The notes beneath the pieces were generated by a model that was not told where the DNA came from, searched no databases, and saw only the letters and a list, made by a program, of their open reading frames with translations. Below are positions 48,960-58,490 of a stretch of 64,000 bases of DNA, in pieces. The position numbers and the translations under genes are program-made. The stretch covers positions 21,316 through 85,315 of the forward strand of contig CAWJRI010000015.1 of the NCBI GenBank assembly GCA_963845175.1, written 5' to 3'. Each line of letters begins with the position of its first letter. Position 1 is the first letter of the stretch. The DNA is from an uncultured archaeon. Lineage in GTDB: Archaea > Nanobdellota > Nanobdellia > Woesearchaeales > CAIVOO01.

Positions 48960-51900
48960 TCTTTTGCAATCTTTGCAGCCGCAGCCAGCCTGTCCCCCTC
49001 TTCAAGCTTCATCAACCTCACACCCTGCGTGTTCCTGCTTATGACAGAAATTTCCTTGACAGGCACCCTTATCATTATTCCCTTTTGGCTTACAAGCATT
49101 ATTTCATCATCATCAGTCACTGTCTTGATTACAACAACATTGCCGTTTCTTTCAGAGCACTGTATGTTTATGACGCCTACTCCGCCCCTTCCAATCAGCC
49201 TGTATTCAGAAACAGCTGTCCTCTTTCCATAGCCGTTTTCCGTGACAGTCAATATCGCCTTGTCATTTTCACCTATGACCATTCCGACAACCTCATCACC
49301 TTCCCTAAGCTTTATGCCCCTTACTCCCATTGCAGACCTTCCGCAGGGCCTTACATCCTCTTCCATAAACCTTGCAGCCATGCCTTTCTTTGTTGCAAGC
49401 ACTATTTGGTTGGTTCCAGAAGTCAGCACAACATCTATCAGCTGATCGCCTTCATCAATCGTGATTCCAATTATTCCGCCTTTTCTTGGATTTGAGTAAA
49501 GCTCAAGGTTTGTTTTTTTGACTGTCCCGTTCTTTGTTGCCATTATCAGGAAATGCTTACCATCAAATTCCTTCACAGGCACAAACGCGCTTACTTTTTC
49601 ATCATCTTTAAGCTGAAGCAGGTTGATTATTGCTTTTCCCCTTGCCTGCCTTGAGGCAACAGGAAGCTCGTGCACCTTCAGCCAGTGCACCCTGCCTTTG
49701 CTTGTGAAAAATAAAATATATGAGTGTGTGTTTGCAATGAAAAGATCTTCAACAAAGTCCTCTTCTTTTGTATCTGCCGCGACAATTCCTCTTCCGCCCC
49801 TGCCCTGGCTCTTGTAGACGTCAAGAGGCATTCGCTTTATGTAGCCCGCATGCGTCACAGTTACAACAACATCTTCCGGCTTTATCAGGTCCTCTGCAGA
49901 CATCTCTTCTTCCTCGCCTTCAAGAATCTCTGTCTTTCTTCTGTCGCCGTATTTCTCCTTCATTTCCTGAAGCTCTTTTTTGATAATCTCCAGTATTTTT
50001 TGCTCAGAAGCGAGAATGTCCTTTAGTTCTTTTATCAGCTTGATAAGCTCCTCATGCTCTTTTCTTATTTTTTCCTGCTCCAAAGAAGCAAGTCTCTGGA
50101 GTTTCATATCAAGAATTGCCTTAGATTGAATTTCTGTAAGAGAATAATCCTTCATAAGCACAGTTGTTGCAGACTGAACATCCCTCGACGCCTTTATTTT
50201 CTTTACAACATTGTCAATGTCTTTCAACGCAATTATCAGCCCTTCAAGGACATGCGCCCTTTCTGCCGCCTTCTTTAATTCAAACTCTGTCCTTCTTCTT
50301 ACAACCTTCTGCCTGTGGATTATGAACTGATAGATTGTTTCCTTCAGGTTCAGCACCTTTGGCTCGTTTTCAACCAAAGAAAGCATGATTATGCCAAATG
50401 TATGCTCCATTTTTGTGTGCGCATGAAGCTGGTTCAGCACAACCTGAGGATTGGAGTCTTTTTTTATTTCAATAACAACCCTTATTCCATCCTTGTCTGA
50501 CTCATCCCTTATGTCAGAGATTCCTGTTATCTTGCCTTCCTTTACAAGCGAAGCCATTTCTTCGATCATTAATGCTTTGTTTACCTGGTATGGTATCTCG
50601 CTGATTATGATTTTCTGCCTTCCCTTTTCCTCAATAATCTCTGACTTCGCCCTCAGTGTTACTTTTCCCCTTCCTGTTGTGTACGCCAGCTTAATTCCTT
50701 CTTTTCCAATAATTGTCGCGCCTGTTGGGAAATCAGGCCCCTTGACGTACTTCAGCATGTCATAAACAGGCATTTCAGGATTTTCAATCAATGCAGTTGT
50801 TGCATCAATTATCTCTGCCATGTTGTGCGGCGGTATGTTTGTCGCCATTCCAACTGCAATTCCAGAACTGCCATTAATCAATAAATTTGGGATTTTTGAA
50901 GGTAGAACTACTGGCTCCTTTAATGAGCCGTCAAAGTTTGGAGTGAAATCAACTGTTTCCTTGTCAATGTCAGCGAGCATTTCTTCTGCAATTTTGCTTA
51001 ACTTTGCTTCCGTGTACCTCATTGCCGCAGGGCTGTCTCCGTCAATTGAGTTGTGTACAAAAATTCCTGCACCAAGAGCAAAGTTATGTGTATTATTGAT
51101 TGTTAAATCATATACATCTTCTTTTTTACTTAAGAAAACGATTGCTTTAACCTTGTGATTTAGCTTAATAATTTCTATTCCCAATGTTTCATATAATTTA
51201 TCTAAATTTCCATTGAAAAATTTATTCAAACCAGTACTAAACTTAATAATCCCGGCTCCTCTTCTTGAATTATATATCTTTCTAACTTTTTCATAATTCT
51301 CATCGTTAAGGTTGTCACGTGATTCAATTACTTTCTTGCATACTTTTAAGAAGCGATAATAATTTGCATTTTTTCCATTTTCAGAAAGAATTTTTAAAAA
51401 ATATTTTTTGAATTCAGGGTCTGTTTTCCATTTTTGTTTGTATGCATCAGTTATTTTTTCTTTGTAACCTGCTTGCTTCCAATTCTGTTTGAATATCTCG
51501 GAAATATATTTTTTATGATTAGGATTAGCCCAAATTTTAATAGATATTTTCCTCATTCGCTCAGATTGATTTTCGCGGTATTCTGGATTTTTCCATTTTT
51601 CTTTAAGAGACTCTGATTTCATTTTCCTGTAGTCTGGGTCGTTCCAGAGTCTTTTGAAAGTTTTTGTAGCTCTTCTGCTAAATTCTTCCCTTTTTTCAGG
51701 ATGTTTTCTTAGATACTCTTTGTTAACAACACTCAATGTTTTTATCATTCTTTGCCGGTAATTCTTATCTTGCCAGTTCTCCTTATTTCTTTTAGAAAGC
51801 CTTTCCGAACATTTTTTTCGGTTTGTTTGTTCTGACCAGAATTTTTTTCTTCCTTTTGCCAAGTTTTCGACAAAAATAGGGTCATTTAAGTGCCTCTCTT

Positions 51901-52798
51901 TTATGAAATCAGAATGAAGCTTCCAATGATCTTTCCAGTTAATTCTTATAATGTTTGCAGGGTCATTATTTTTTTTGTTAAAATCTTTGTGATGCCTAAC
52001 TCTGCCCGCATTTGTTGTATAAACTCCTCTTTTAAGATTAAATTCATCTGCAAGACGATGAATTAGCTCCCAATTACCAGTGACCGGCTGGTAGACTAGT
52101 TCATAGCCAGAAAGTTCTAGTTTGAAATTGTCTTCTGGAATGGCTGCTCTTGTATAAAGCGGCATTAGCGAATCCCCAATTTTGAGATCCTTTGCCTCTT
52201 TATACTCGCCATCCCTAAGCATGAATTTGTGATTTAATGTGCATTTAATCTCCTCATTATTGTCCAACATAACTTTCATTATTTTTTCATTTCTTTTTGT
52301 TAAGCGAGGATGTTTTATCTCTGTAATTTCTATTTTTCCAGAAGCATTAATTGTGAACGTAAAATTGATTTTACCTGCATTATGCTCATTTATTAATTCC
52401 TCGAAGCTAAGTTTTCTCCCATCTGTCAGCATAACTTTTGTATCTTTTGTGAAACAACCGAAATTACCCTGTCCGTGTATCAATTGGTATCTCATTGAAA
52501 AATCCTGCGCCATCCTTACAAGCGAGTCATAAACAGCCATATCACCGTGAGGATGATACTTACCAAGCACGTCTCCCACAATCCTCGCGCATTTCCTGAA
52601 CGGCTTGTTATGGAGCAGTCCGAGCTCCTGCATTGAGAATAAAATTCTCCTGTGGACAGGTTTCAGCCCGTCCCTTGCGTCTGGCAGAGCCCTTCCAACA
52701 ATAACTGACATGGCATAATCTATGTAGGACTTTTTCATCTCCTCTTCAATCAAGCGAGGAATGATTTTTTCAGGGCTTTTCTCAGTTGGTTCTGGCAT
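48956..52798 (-). CDS. gyrA: DNA gyrase subunit A with an intein (811 aa after splicing)
   Basis: [40 protein letters not shown], GyrA-box QGRGGRG, pinwheel repeats. Confidence 0.96.
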   Translation of the reverse strand: MPEPTEKSPEKIIPRLIEEEMKKSYIDYAMSVIVGRALPDARDGLKPVHRRILFSMQELGLLHNKPFRKCARIVGDVLGKYHPHGDMAVYDSLVRMAQDFSMRYQLIHGQGNFGCFTKDTKVMLTDGRKLSFEELINEHNAGKINFTFTINASGKIEITEIKHPRLTKRNEKIMKVMLDNNEEIKCTLNHKFMLRDGEYKEAKDLKIGDSLMPLYTRAAIPEDNFKLELSGYELVYQPVTGNWELIHRLADEFNLKRGVYTTNAGRVRHHKDFNKKNNDPANIIRINWKDHWKLHSDFIKERHLNDPIFVENLAKGRKKFWSEQTNRKKCSERLSKRNKENWQDKNYRQRMIKTLSVVNKEYLRKHPEKREEFSRRATKTFKRLWNDPDYRKMKSESLKEKWKNPEYRENQSERMRKISIKIWANPNHKKYISEIFKQNWKQAGYKEKITDAYKQKWKTDPEFKKYFLKILSENGKNANYYRFLKVCKKVIESRDNLNDENYEKVRKIYNSRRGAGIIKFSTGLNKFFNGNLDKLYETLGIEIIKLNHKVKAIVFLSKKEDVYDLTINNTHNFALGAGIFVHNSIDGDSPAAMRYTEAKLSKIAEEMLADIDKETVDFTPNFDGSLKEPVVLPSKIPNLLINGSSGIAVGMATNIPPHNMAEIIDATTALIENPEMPVYDMLKYVKGPDFPTGATIIGKEGIKLAYTTGRGKVTLRAKSEIIEEKGRQKIIISEIPYQVNKALMIEEMASLVKEGKITGISDIRDESDKDGIRVVIEIKKDSNPQVVLNQLHAHTKMEHTFGIIMLSLVENEPKVLNLKETIYQFIIHRQKVVRRRTEFELKKAAERAHVLEGLIIALKDIDNVVKKIKASRDVQSATTVLMKDYSLTEIQSKAILDMKLQRLASLEQEKIRKEHEELIKLIKELKDILASEQKILEIIKKELQEMKEKYGDRRKTEILEGEEEEMSAEDLIKPEDVVVTVTHAGYIKRMPLDVYKSQGRGGRGIVAADTKEEDFVEDLFIANTHSYILFFTSKGRVHWLKVHELPVASRQARGKAIINLLQLKDDEKVSAFVPVKEFDGKHFLIMATKNGTVKKTNLELYSNPRKGGIIGITIDEGDQLIDVVLTSGTNQIVLATKKGMAARFMEEDVRPCGRSAMGVRGIKLREGDEVVGMVIGENDKAILTVTENGYGKRTAVSEYRLIGRGGVGVINIQCSERNGNVVVIKTVTDDDEIMLVSQKGIMIRVPVKEISVISRNTQGVRLMKLEEGDRLAAAAKIAKE
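51050..52456 (-). mobile_element. Intein (469 aa) with HNH endonuclease in GyrA
   Basis: [10 protein letters not shown] start, block [18 protein letters not shown], end VYDL...HNFAL..GIFVHN|S. Confidence 0.93.
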
Positions 52799-52941
52799 TT
52801 TCTTTCGTCGAGAAAATCTAGATTACTAGAAGTAGTTTTTATTTATAAATCTTTTGTTTTTAAAATGCATTTATAGGCGCCATAACACCTTAATTCAGGG
52901 GTTTTAGGGGTTTAGGTTGATTATTATTTAGAATATTGAAA

Positions 52942-53076
52942 TTATTTAATAATCCTTCCTCTAACTGAAAACGATTTTCCGCAGTAAACGCATCTCTTCC
53001 TCTTGCCTTCAAGGCTTCCAGAAGTGGCATATTTCATCTTATTCCCGCACTTCGGGCATCTGAGAACTAAAATCAT
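52942..53076 (-). CDS. 44-aa zinc-ribbon protein (not in ORF track)
   Basis: MILVLRCPKCG...KRCVYCGKSF; ATG overlaps the scpB stop (TAATG). Confidence 0.8.
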   Translation of the reverse strand: MILVLRCPKCGNKMKYATSGSLEGKRKRCVYCGKSFSVRGRIIK

Positions 53077-53837
53077 TATTTTTCCTCTTCTTCGCTCTCT
53101 TCTTTTTCAGCAGGCACTTCTTCACTTTCCTCTTCTGCTGGCTCTTCTGTTTCTTCTTCGCCCTCTTCCTTCACTTCTATCTTTTCCTTTTTGACTTCTT
53201 CCTGCGGAACATCAACAACTTCAAGCTCTGGCAGCTTCTCCTTTGGCTTCTGGACATCAATTATATCCATTTTTCCAAGCTTGTGAGGGGTTATCTCCGG
53301 CTCATCAACAACTTCAAGCTCGTTCAGCTTCTCATCCTTTAATGTTCCCTCAACATCCTTGAACACTTTCTTGATATCATCATGCCCCGGCAGTTCAAAG
53401 TATTCCCTGAACTTTGTGCTCACCTTCAGCTGATAGCTTCTTCCTTTCTTTTCTTTTGTGATAAATCCAAGTTCCTCAAGCTCTTTTATGTGATCATAGG
53501 CCTTGTTTGTCCTTATTTTTATGACATCAGCCTGCAGAACAGGATGTTTCCATGCAATAACCGCCAATGTCTCAAGAATTGTCTTGCTAAGTTCTGTCTC
53601 AGGCAGGAGCTTCTGAACAGTTGACAGATACTTTTCCCTCACAGTCAGCTTCCAGCCGTCTGTCTCCTCGGTAAGCAGCAATGCAGACTCGCTTCCCTCT
53701 AAATCCTCCTTCAGCTCTTTTAATGCAGCCTTTATCTCAGAAATCTGGACATTGCATATTCTAGCCAAATCCTCATAAGTCACCTTTTTTCCAGAAGCAA
53801 ATAATATCGCCTCAATCTGATTTTTTAGCTCACTCAT
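53076..53837 (-). CDS. scpB: SMC-Scp complex subunit ScpB
   Basis: IEAILFASG, LETLAVIAW..P..Q, HIKEL...GFI, F.EYF; acidic tail. Confidence 0.9.
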   Translation of the reverse strand: MSELKNQIEAILFASGKKVTYEDLARICNVQISEIKAALKELKEDLEGSESALLLTEETDGWKLTVREKYLSTVQKLLPETELSKTILETLAVIAWKHPVLQADVIKIRTNKAYDHIKELEELGFITKEKKGRSYQLKVSTKFREYFELPGHDDIKKVFKDVEGTLKDEKLNELEVVDEPEITPHKLGKMDIIDVQKPKEKLPELEVVDVPQEEVKKEKIEVKEEGEEETEEPAEEESEEVPAEKEESEEEEK

Positions 53838-53838
53838 T

Positions 53839-54474
53839 TTAAAACTTGTACACCAAAACGTACTTATCCCCTTTTTTCTTTATATATTTTTGTTTTATCA
53901 GATCTTCCAAAAAGTTTTTTGTACTCTCCTCAGGAATACCTATTTTCTTTGATAATTCCTTTAAATTTTTGTCGCCTGTCTTCAAAACAAGCAGGATATT
54001 GTTTCTTAATATTGCGTTTGCATTTTTTGTAAGAAGCATGTTTTCCGCACGTGTGTTTTTGACAATCATGTCAAGCTTGTGAAGCTTTGCCTGCAGGTCA
54101 TTCAGTAAATTTGCAATCTCCCTTGCCTTAAATTTCAATTCCTCAGGTTCGATTATCTCAATTGAGGATGGCATGTAGTCAAAGCAGAATTCAATTATTT
54201 TTGAAGTGCTCTTGAAAACAAGTTCAAGCTCTGCGAACGCCCCAAAAAACTTGTCTTTTGGCTCCACATCCGAAACAAACTCATCCACAACCTTGAAGTC
54301 CTTGCTTTTTCTTATTGTATCCAAATATTCTTTAAGCGTCTTTTCAACATGCTCTTTTGGAGAGCCAAGAATCTCGATTATGGTCTTGCATCTGATTTTT
54401 GGGCCTTCATCTTCTTCAACAGGTTTGGACTTAATCTTCTCTTTTTTATCCCCAAACAGCTTTTCAAAAACCAT
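53839..54474 (-). CDS. Hypothetical protein with C-terminal winged HTH
   Basis: IEILG.PKEHV, FDYMPSSIEI.EP, coiled coil, ELSKKIG..E HTH. Confidence 0.7.
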   Translation of the reverse strand: MVFEKLFGDKKEKIKSKPVEEDEGPKIRCKTIIEILGSPKEHVEKTLKEYLDTIRKSKDFKVVDEFVSDVEPKDKFFGAFAELELVFKSTSKIIEFCFDYMPSSIEIIEPEELKFKAREIANLLNDLQAKLHKLDMIVKNTRAENMLLTKNANAILRNNILLVLKTGDKNLKELSKKIGIPEESTKNFLEDLIKQKYIKKKGDKYVLVYKF

Positions 54475-54588
54475 ATGCTGCTCTAGAAAACTGAGCTTTA
54501 AATAGTTTTCGCTAACGCTTCCCATATCAGTACAGGGATTATAGCCACCAAAATACCAATTATAAATTATTTTACCGTGTTTTTGGCA

Positions 54589-55587
54589 TTAATACCAAAC
54601 CCCCGGAATAGAATGACTGCACTTCGGGCATTTGCCCCTTCTGATGTTGTTTATTACAATGCCAAAGCCAGACCTTGCAACCAAAAGCTTCTTGCACTTC
54701 GGGCAATAGGTGTTCTCGCCTTTTTCAGTCAGGACATTTCCAACATAAACAAAATCCAAATATTTGTCAGCTATCTTCTTTGCCTTTTCCAGAGTTTCAA
54801 GCGGCGTGGCAGGAAGATTATTCAGCTGGTATGAAGGAAAGAATCTTGAGAAATGAAGCGGAGTGTCCCTGCCTAAATTATCCCGCAACCAGGCGCACAT
54901 GTCTTCAATTTTGTCAAAGTCGTCATTCAGCGTTGGAATTACCAAGTTTGTAACTTCAATCCAGACACCAGCTTCTTTGTAACTCTTCAGGCTGTTCAGC
55001 ACAGGCTTTAATGTTGCAAGACAGATCTTTTTGTAAAATTCCTCTGTAAATCCCTTCAGGTCGATATTCGCAGCATCTATTAAATGAGCAATCTCTCTTA
55101 GCGGCTTTTCCTGAATGTAGCCATTTGTTACCATTATGTTATTCAGTTCTTTTTTATGCGCAAGCTTTGAAACAGCCTCAACATACTCAAAAAATATTGT
55201 TGGCTCATTGTATGTATATGCAATTGAACTGCATTTCCTCTTGACAGCCTCTTCAACAACATTTTTTGCACTTACTTTTTCAACTTCAAAGTAAGCTGAC
55301 CTTGCCATTTCAAAATTCTGGCAGAACTTGCAGCCAAGATTGCAGCCGACTGTGCCGAACGATAGCACATCCGTTCCAGGCAGGAAATGAAACAGCGGCT
55401 TTTTTTCAACAGGGTCAACAGCCAATGACAATGGCTGCTCATAGGCAAGGCTGTAGAGTTTTCCGCCAATGTTCTTCCTGACTGCGCAAAACCCTGTTTT
55501 TTCAGGCAGAATAACGCACTCTTTTGGGCATAACGCACACTGAACATTTTCCTTGCCAAGGCTTTTCCAGAACTTTGCAACCTTCAT
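54589..55587 (-). CDS. amrS: AmmeMemoRadiSam-system radical SAM enzyme
   Basis: C.LCP..C, DPVEKKPL.HF.PG, GCNLGCKFCQN, AYTYNEP, HFSRFFP, T.CP.C. Confidence 0.9.
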   Translation of the reverse strand: MKVAKFWKSLGKENVQCALCPKECVILPEKTGFCAVRKNIGGKLYSLAYEQPLSLAVDPVEKKPLFHFLPGTDVLSFGTVGCNLGCKFCQNFEMARSAYFEVEKVSAKNVVEEAVKRKCSSIAYTYNEPTIFFEYVEAVSKLAHKKELNNIMVTNGYIQEKPLREIAHLIDAANIDLKGFTEEFYKKICLATLKPVLNSLKSYKEAGVWIEVTNLVIPTLNDDFDKIEDMCAWLRDNLGRDTPLHFSRFFPSYQLNNLPATPLETLEKAKKIADKYLDFVYVGNVLTEKGENTYCPKCKKLLVARSGFGIVINNIRRGKCPKCSHSIPGVWY

Positions 55588-55692
55588 GGTATCCTCTTGT
55601 CCTAACTACTATTTTTAGATTTGTTGTTATTCTGCAATACTAATAAAAATTTTAATACTGATTATAAATATCATTATTAGAAGGGGGTATAA

Positions 55693-56166
55693 ATGGGTTT
55701 TTTTGGAAAGAAAAAAGAGGCGAAACCAGTTACTATTCCAGAGGCTCCTGAATTAGCTTTTCCTGAAATACCGGAAATTGAAGCTCAGGAAAATCCTTCA
55801 GAGGAAGCGCCAGGGATTTCTGAAAAAGAATTTTCATTGCCAGAACTGCCTGAGATTCCAGAAGCGCCAGGGATAATACCTGACATAGAAGAGTTGGGAG
55901 GGGAAAAACTGCAAGAACTTCCAGGACTTTCTGTTTCTATTACAAAATCAAGAAAGCCATTATTCGTGAACATAGACGATTACAGGGAACTGATATCACA
56001 GCTAAGCAACGCAAAATCACTTCTCGCAGAAAATGCCGGATTTGCAGCAAGGGTTAACAATCTCAAGGTTTCAAGGGATGAAGCCTATGAAAAATTCAGA
56101 GGCGCTCTGGAGACAATCGAAAGAAAGCTTCTGTATATGGATAAAATAATTTTTGAAGGAGGTTAA
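55693..56166 (+). CDS. Hypothetical protein: Pro/Glu-rich linker plus coiled coil
   Basis: MGFFGKKK, PEIPE repeats, PLFVNIDDY helix hairpin. Confidence 0.75.
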   Translation: MGFFGKKKEAKPVTIPEAPELAFPEIPEIEAQENPSEEAPGISEKEFSLPELPEIPEAPGIIPDIEELGGEKLQELPGLSVSITKSRKPLFVNIDDYRELISQLSNAKSLLAENAGFAARVNNLKVSRDEAYEKFRGALETIERKLLYMDKIIFEGG

Positions 56167-56168
56167 AA

Positions 56169-56384
56169 ATGGGAGCACCTGTTTTCGTAAAAATAGAGGA
56201 GTACAAAGACACTTTGGATATTATAACACTGCTGAAAAATAAAATTAGGGAAGGAAAGGAAATAATAGAGAAGATGAACAAAATGAAGGAAGAAGAGGAC
56301 AATGAATTGTTAGCCTGGTCCGCTGAGCTCGACGATATAGCCGGCAAAATAGATTTGATAGACAAGTCTTTACCAAAGGTATAA
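56169..56384 (+). CDS. Hypothetical coiled-coil protein, paralog of the preceding domain
   Basis: PVFVKIEEY...IDK.L; GGAGG RBS. Confidence 0.75.
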   Translation: MGAPVFVKIEEYKDTLDIITLLKNKIREGKEIIEKMNKMKEEEDNELLAWSAELDDIAGKIDLIDKSLPKV

Positions 56385-56385
56385 T

Positions 56386-56750
56386 ATGACTGATGATTTT
56401 TATGTAAACATAGAGAATCCGGTTGAGTTAAGGAGAAAACTGTTGGAAACTTCAAAAGGTGTTATTCTTGCGCTGCAGAAATTTGAGAAATTCAAGATTG
56501 AAAGAACCAAGAAAATGGATAGCTATGAAATGCTAAGAAGAAATATTAAGGAAATAAACGAACTGGTCATTAGAATGAAAAAAGAGCTTCCCATGCAATA
56601 AAGCTTCCAAAAATCGAAGAGCCAAGAAGGATTGCTGTAAAAGCGCCGAAAACAGCAAGGGTTGCGCCAGTTATGAGCAGGATGGGCGCAGCTGACAAGC
56701 TTGAGAAGGAGCTATCTGAAATTGAGTCAAAACTAAAGGCGTTGCAGTAA
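56386..56750 (+). CDS. Hypothetical coiled-coil protein, frameshifted near 56593
   Basis: FYVNIENP.ELRR; a second frame continues AIKLPKIEE...LEKELSEIESKLKALQ to a stop at 56750. Confidence 0.65.
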
Positions 56751-56837
56751 GGTTTAAATACATTCTGAATTCTTTATTTATGCACGCAAACTATTTGCGG
56801 GCAGCGCAAACTGCGGTTTGCTGGTCCGCAATAAATT

Positions 56838-56972
56838 GCGGGGGTGCCGGAGTGGCCAAACGGGATAGACTCAAGGCACGTTGGAGCGGAGTGCTCGCAT
56901 GAGTGCGATGATGAACAGTGTAAGTCATCTATTGGCTTAGTGCCTACGCAGGTTCGAATCCTGCTCCCCGCA
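56838..56972 (+). tRNA. tRNA-Leu(CAA) with a 51-nt intron (56876-56926) at position 37/38
   Basis: Exons closely resemble the other tRNA-Leu; ATAGA-CT-CAA-G|intron|A-TCTAT; bulge-helix-bulge can be drawn. Confidence 0.92.
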
Positions 56973-57059
56973 TCATATTTCTTTAAAACAGCAACCTTTA
57001 TATATGAGAAGCCTTCATTTCCAGTTTAAATGGCTTTAAAAAGCCAAGGGGGATATACA

Positions 57060-57285
57060 ATGGAATCAAGACCTTTGGATGCATTAAACAAGTCAAGGGG
57101 AAAAAGAGTAATAGTTGAGCTAAAGAACAACAAGCAGTACATTGGCACTTTGCAGGCATTTGACATACACATAAATGTTGTGCTTGACGATGCAGAGGAA
57201 AGGGCAAATGGGGAGCTTGTAACGAAAGATAGGGACAGTCTTTGTAAGAGGAGACACAATAACAGTGCTATTCCCAGCAGCATAA
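57060..57285 (+). CDS. Sm/Lsm protein (SmAP), frameshifted near 57221
   Basis: RPLDALN, G.L.AFD.H.NVVL; removing one base restores RKIGTVFVRGDTI. Confidence 0.88.
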
Positions 57286-57286
57286 A

Positions 57287-57457
57287 ATGACAAAAGGAAC
57301 GCCATCAAAAGGTAAGATGTCTTCAGGAAAGACACACATCTATTGCAGAAGATGCGGAAGGAGATCTTACCACGTTTCCAGAAATATATGTGCAAGCTGC
57401 GGCTACGGAAAGACAGCAAAACTGAGAAAATACAGCTGGCAGAAAAAGAGAAAATAA
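57287..57457 (+). CDS. rpl37e: Ribosomal protein eL37 (not in ORF track)
   Basis: MTKGTPS.GK...THIYCRRCGRRSYH....CASCGYG...RKYSW. Confidence 0.95.
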   Translation: MTKGTPSKGKMSSGKTHIYCRRCGRRSYHVSRNICASCGYGKTAKLRKYSWQKKRK

Positions 57458-57458
57458 A

Positions 57459-57847
57459 ATGGCAATCTCACAAGGAAGGGCAAAAAGAAGCAACACAGGG
57501 AAAAGATACAAGTTTTTCAGAGTCTAAAAAAACTGAACGAGCTTGGAAGAAAGCCTTCTTTAACAATCGTAAATGAAAAGCAGCTTCAGATAATAAGAAC
57601 AAGAGGCGGAAACAGGAAATACAGGCTTCTCATGGCGGACACTGCAAATGTCTATGACAAGAAAACAAAGAAATTTTACAAGACAAAGATAAAAAATGTT
57701 GCTGAAAACCCTGCAAACAGGCATTATGTCAGGCGAAACATAATGACAAGAGGCGCGATAATTGAGACAGAAAAAGGCAAAGCAGTTGTCACGTCAAGGC
57801 CTGGGCAGGACGGGACAGTGAACGCCGTGCTCATCCTTGAGAAATGA
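57459..57847 (+). CDS. rps8e: Ribosomal protein eS8, frameshifted near 57522-57532
   Basis: MAISQGR.KR..TG, then shifted [42 protein letters not shown]. Confidence 0.9.
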
Positions 57848-57889
57848 ACAAAAGCGAAGATCTTCTGAAATTATACAGGATTTCAAAAT

Positions 57890-58237
57890 ATGATTCTCCT
57901 TCCAAATGATAGAGCGGAGCAGCGCGCTATTGTCAAGCTGTTCTATGATTACATAAAAGCTCCAAAAGGATCCGTTCCTGTGGAGGACGCAAGCGAGGGA
58001 AGAATCTATCATGTCGCAATAAGAATGCTGCAGAAGGCATGGAAAAAGGCAGACGAGTTTTCTGCGCTTGAAAAGGAGATTTTAGATTCAGTTTTGTTTT
58101 TCAGAAAAAACAAGGATGATGTCGAGCAGGCTGAAAAGCTCTGCGTAAGGCTTGAAGGAATCGGCAATGATATAAGCGAAGAATCAGGCTTGCGGCAGAG
58201 TCGATATTCAGAGATTAAAGTTCAAATTCTCCAATAA
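57890..58237 (+). CDS. Hypothetical protein; true start may be 57844 with a frameshift
   Basis: 115-aa ORF with host-like codon usage. Confidence 0.5.
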   Translation: MILLPNDRAEQRAIVKLFYDYIKAPKGSVPVEDASEGRIYHVAIRMLQKAWKKADEFSALEKEILDSVLFFRKNKDDVEQAEKLCVRLEGIGNDISEESGLRQSRYSEIKVQILQ

Positions 58238-58490
58238 AACCCACTATTAATTTATATTTCTCAAGAAACTTGAATCCCTTGTCAGCAAGCGTCACATACT
58301 TTTTGCCGTGCTCATCGACAATTTCCCGGATAAATTCTTTTGAAATTAGTTCTTTGTAATACTCGGAAAAGCTGTTTGAAGACAGGCCAGAACGCCTCAA
58401 AAGCGGAGTAGGCCTAATAGAATTATGATGTTCGCTGATTTCCTTGAGTATGTCAAATATAACCTCTAATCGCTCCCTTTTTTTAGTCAT
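58215..58490 (-). CDS. Winged-helix transcription regulator
   Basis: KR.RLE.I.DIL, T.L...S.LS, Y..EL, T.KG..FL. Confidence 0.8.
   Translation of the reverse strand: MTKKRERLEVIFDILKEISEHHNSIRPTPLLRRSGLSSNSFSEYYKELISKEFIREIVDEHGKKYVTLADKGFKFLEKYKLIVGFIGEFEL

Noticed and set aside
52897..52918. Telomere-like AGGGGTTTTAGGGGTTTAGG
   Set aside because: Fewer than three imperfect units in an intergenic spacer; not enough for a repeat or G-quadruplex call
227..55580. Numerous 60-190 aa ORFs antisense to or nested in the called genes
   Set aside because: They have no motifs or RBS and are fully overlapped by well-supported genes
54589..55587. amrS as part of a complete AmmeMemoRadiSam system
   Set aside because: No AMMECR1 or Memo gene lies nearby; scattered arrangement is common in archaea
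55735..55880. Direct repeats (GAAGCGCCAGGGAT twice) as a CRISPR or mobile repeat
   Set aside because: They are in-frame coding repeats of a Pro/Glu linker. I saw no CRISPR array or cas gene anywhere in the window.
56876..56926. tRNA intron as a box C/D guide RNA or hammerhead ribozyme
   Set aside because: Only a box C-like heptamer is present; there is no CTGA box D and no CTGATGA...GAAA core
56844..57029. 61-aa Cys-containing ORF, and similar ORFs at 41909-42148
   Set aside because: They overlap tRNA-Leu genes
57060..57847. Programmed frameshifting or pseudogenisation of Sm and rps8e
   Set aside because: The indels cluster near a likely chimeric end and share no common slippery motif; sequencing error is simpler
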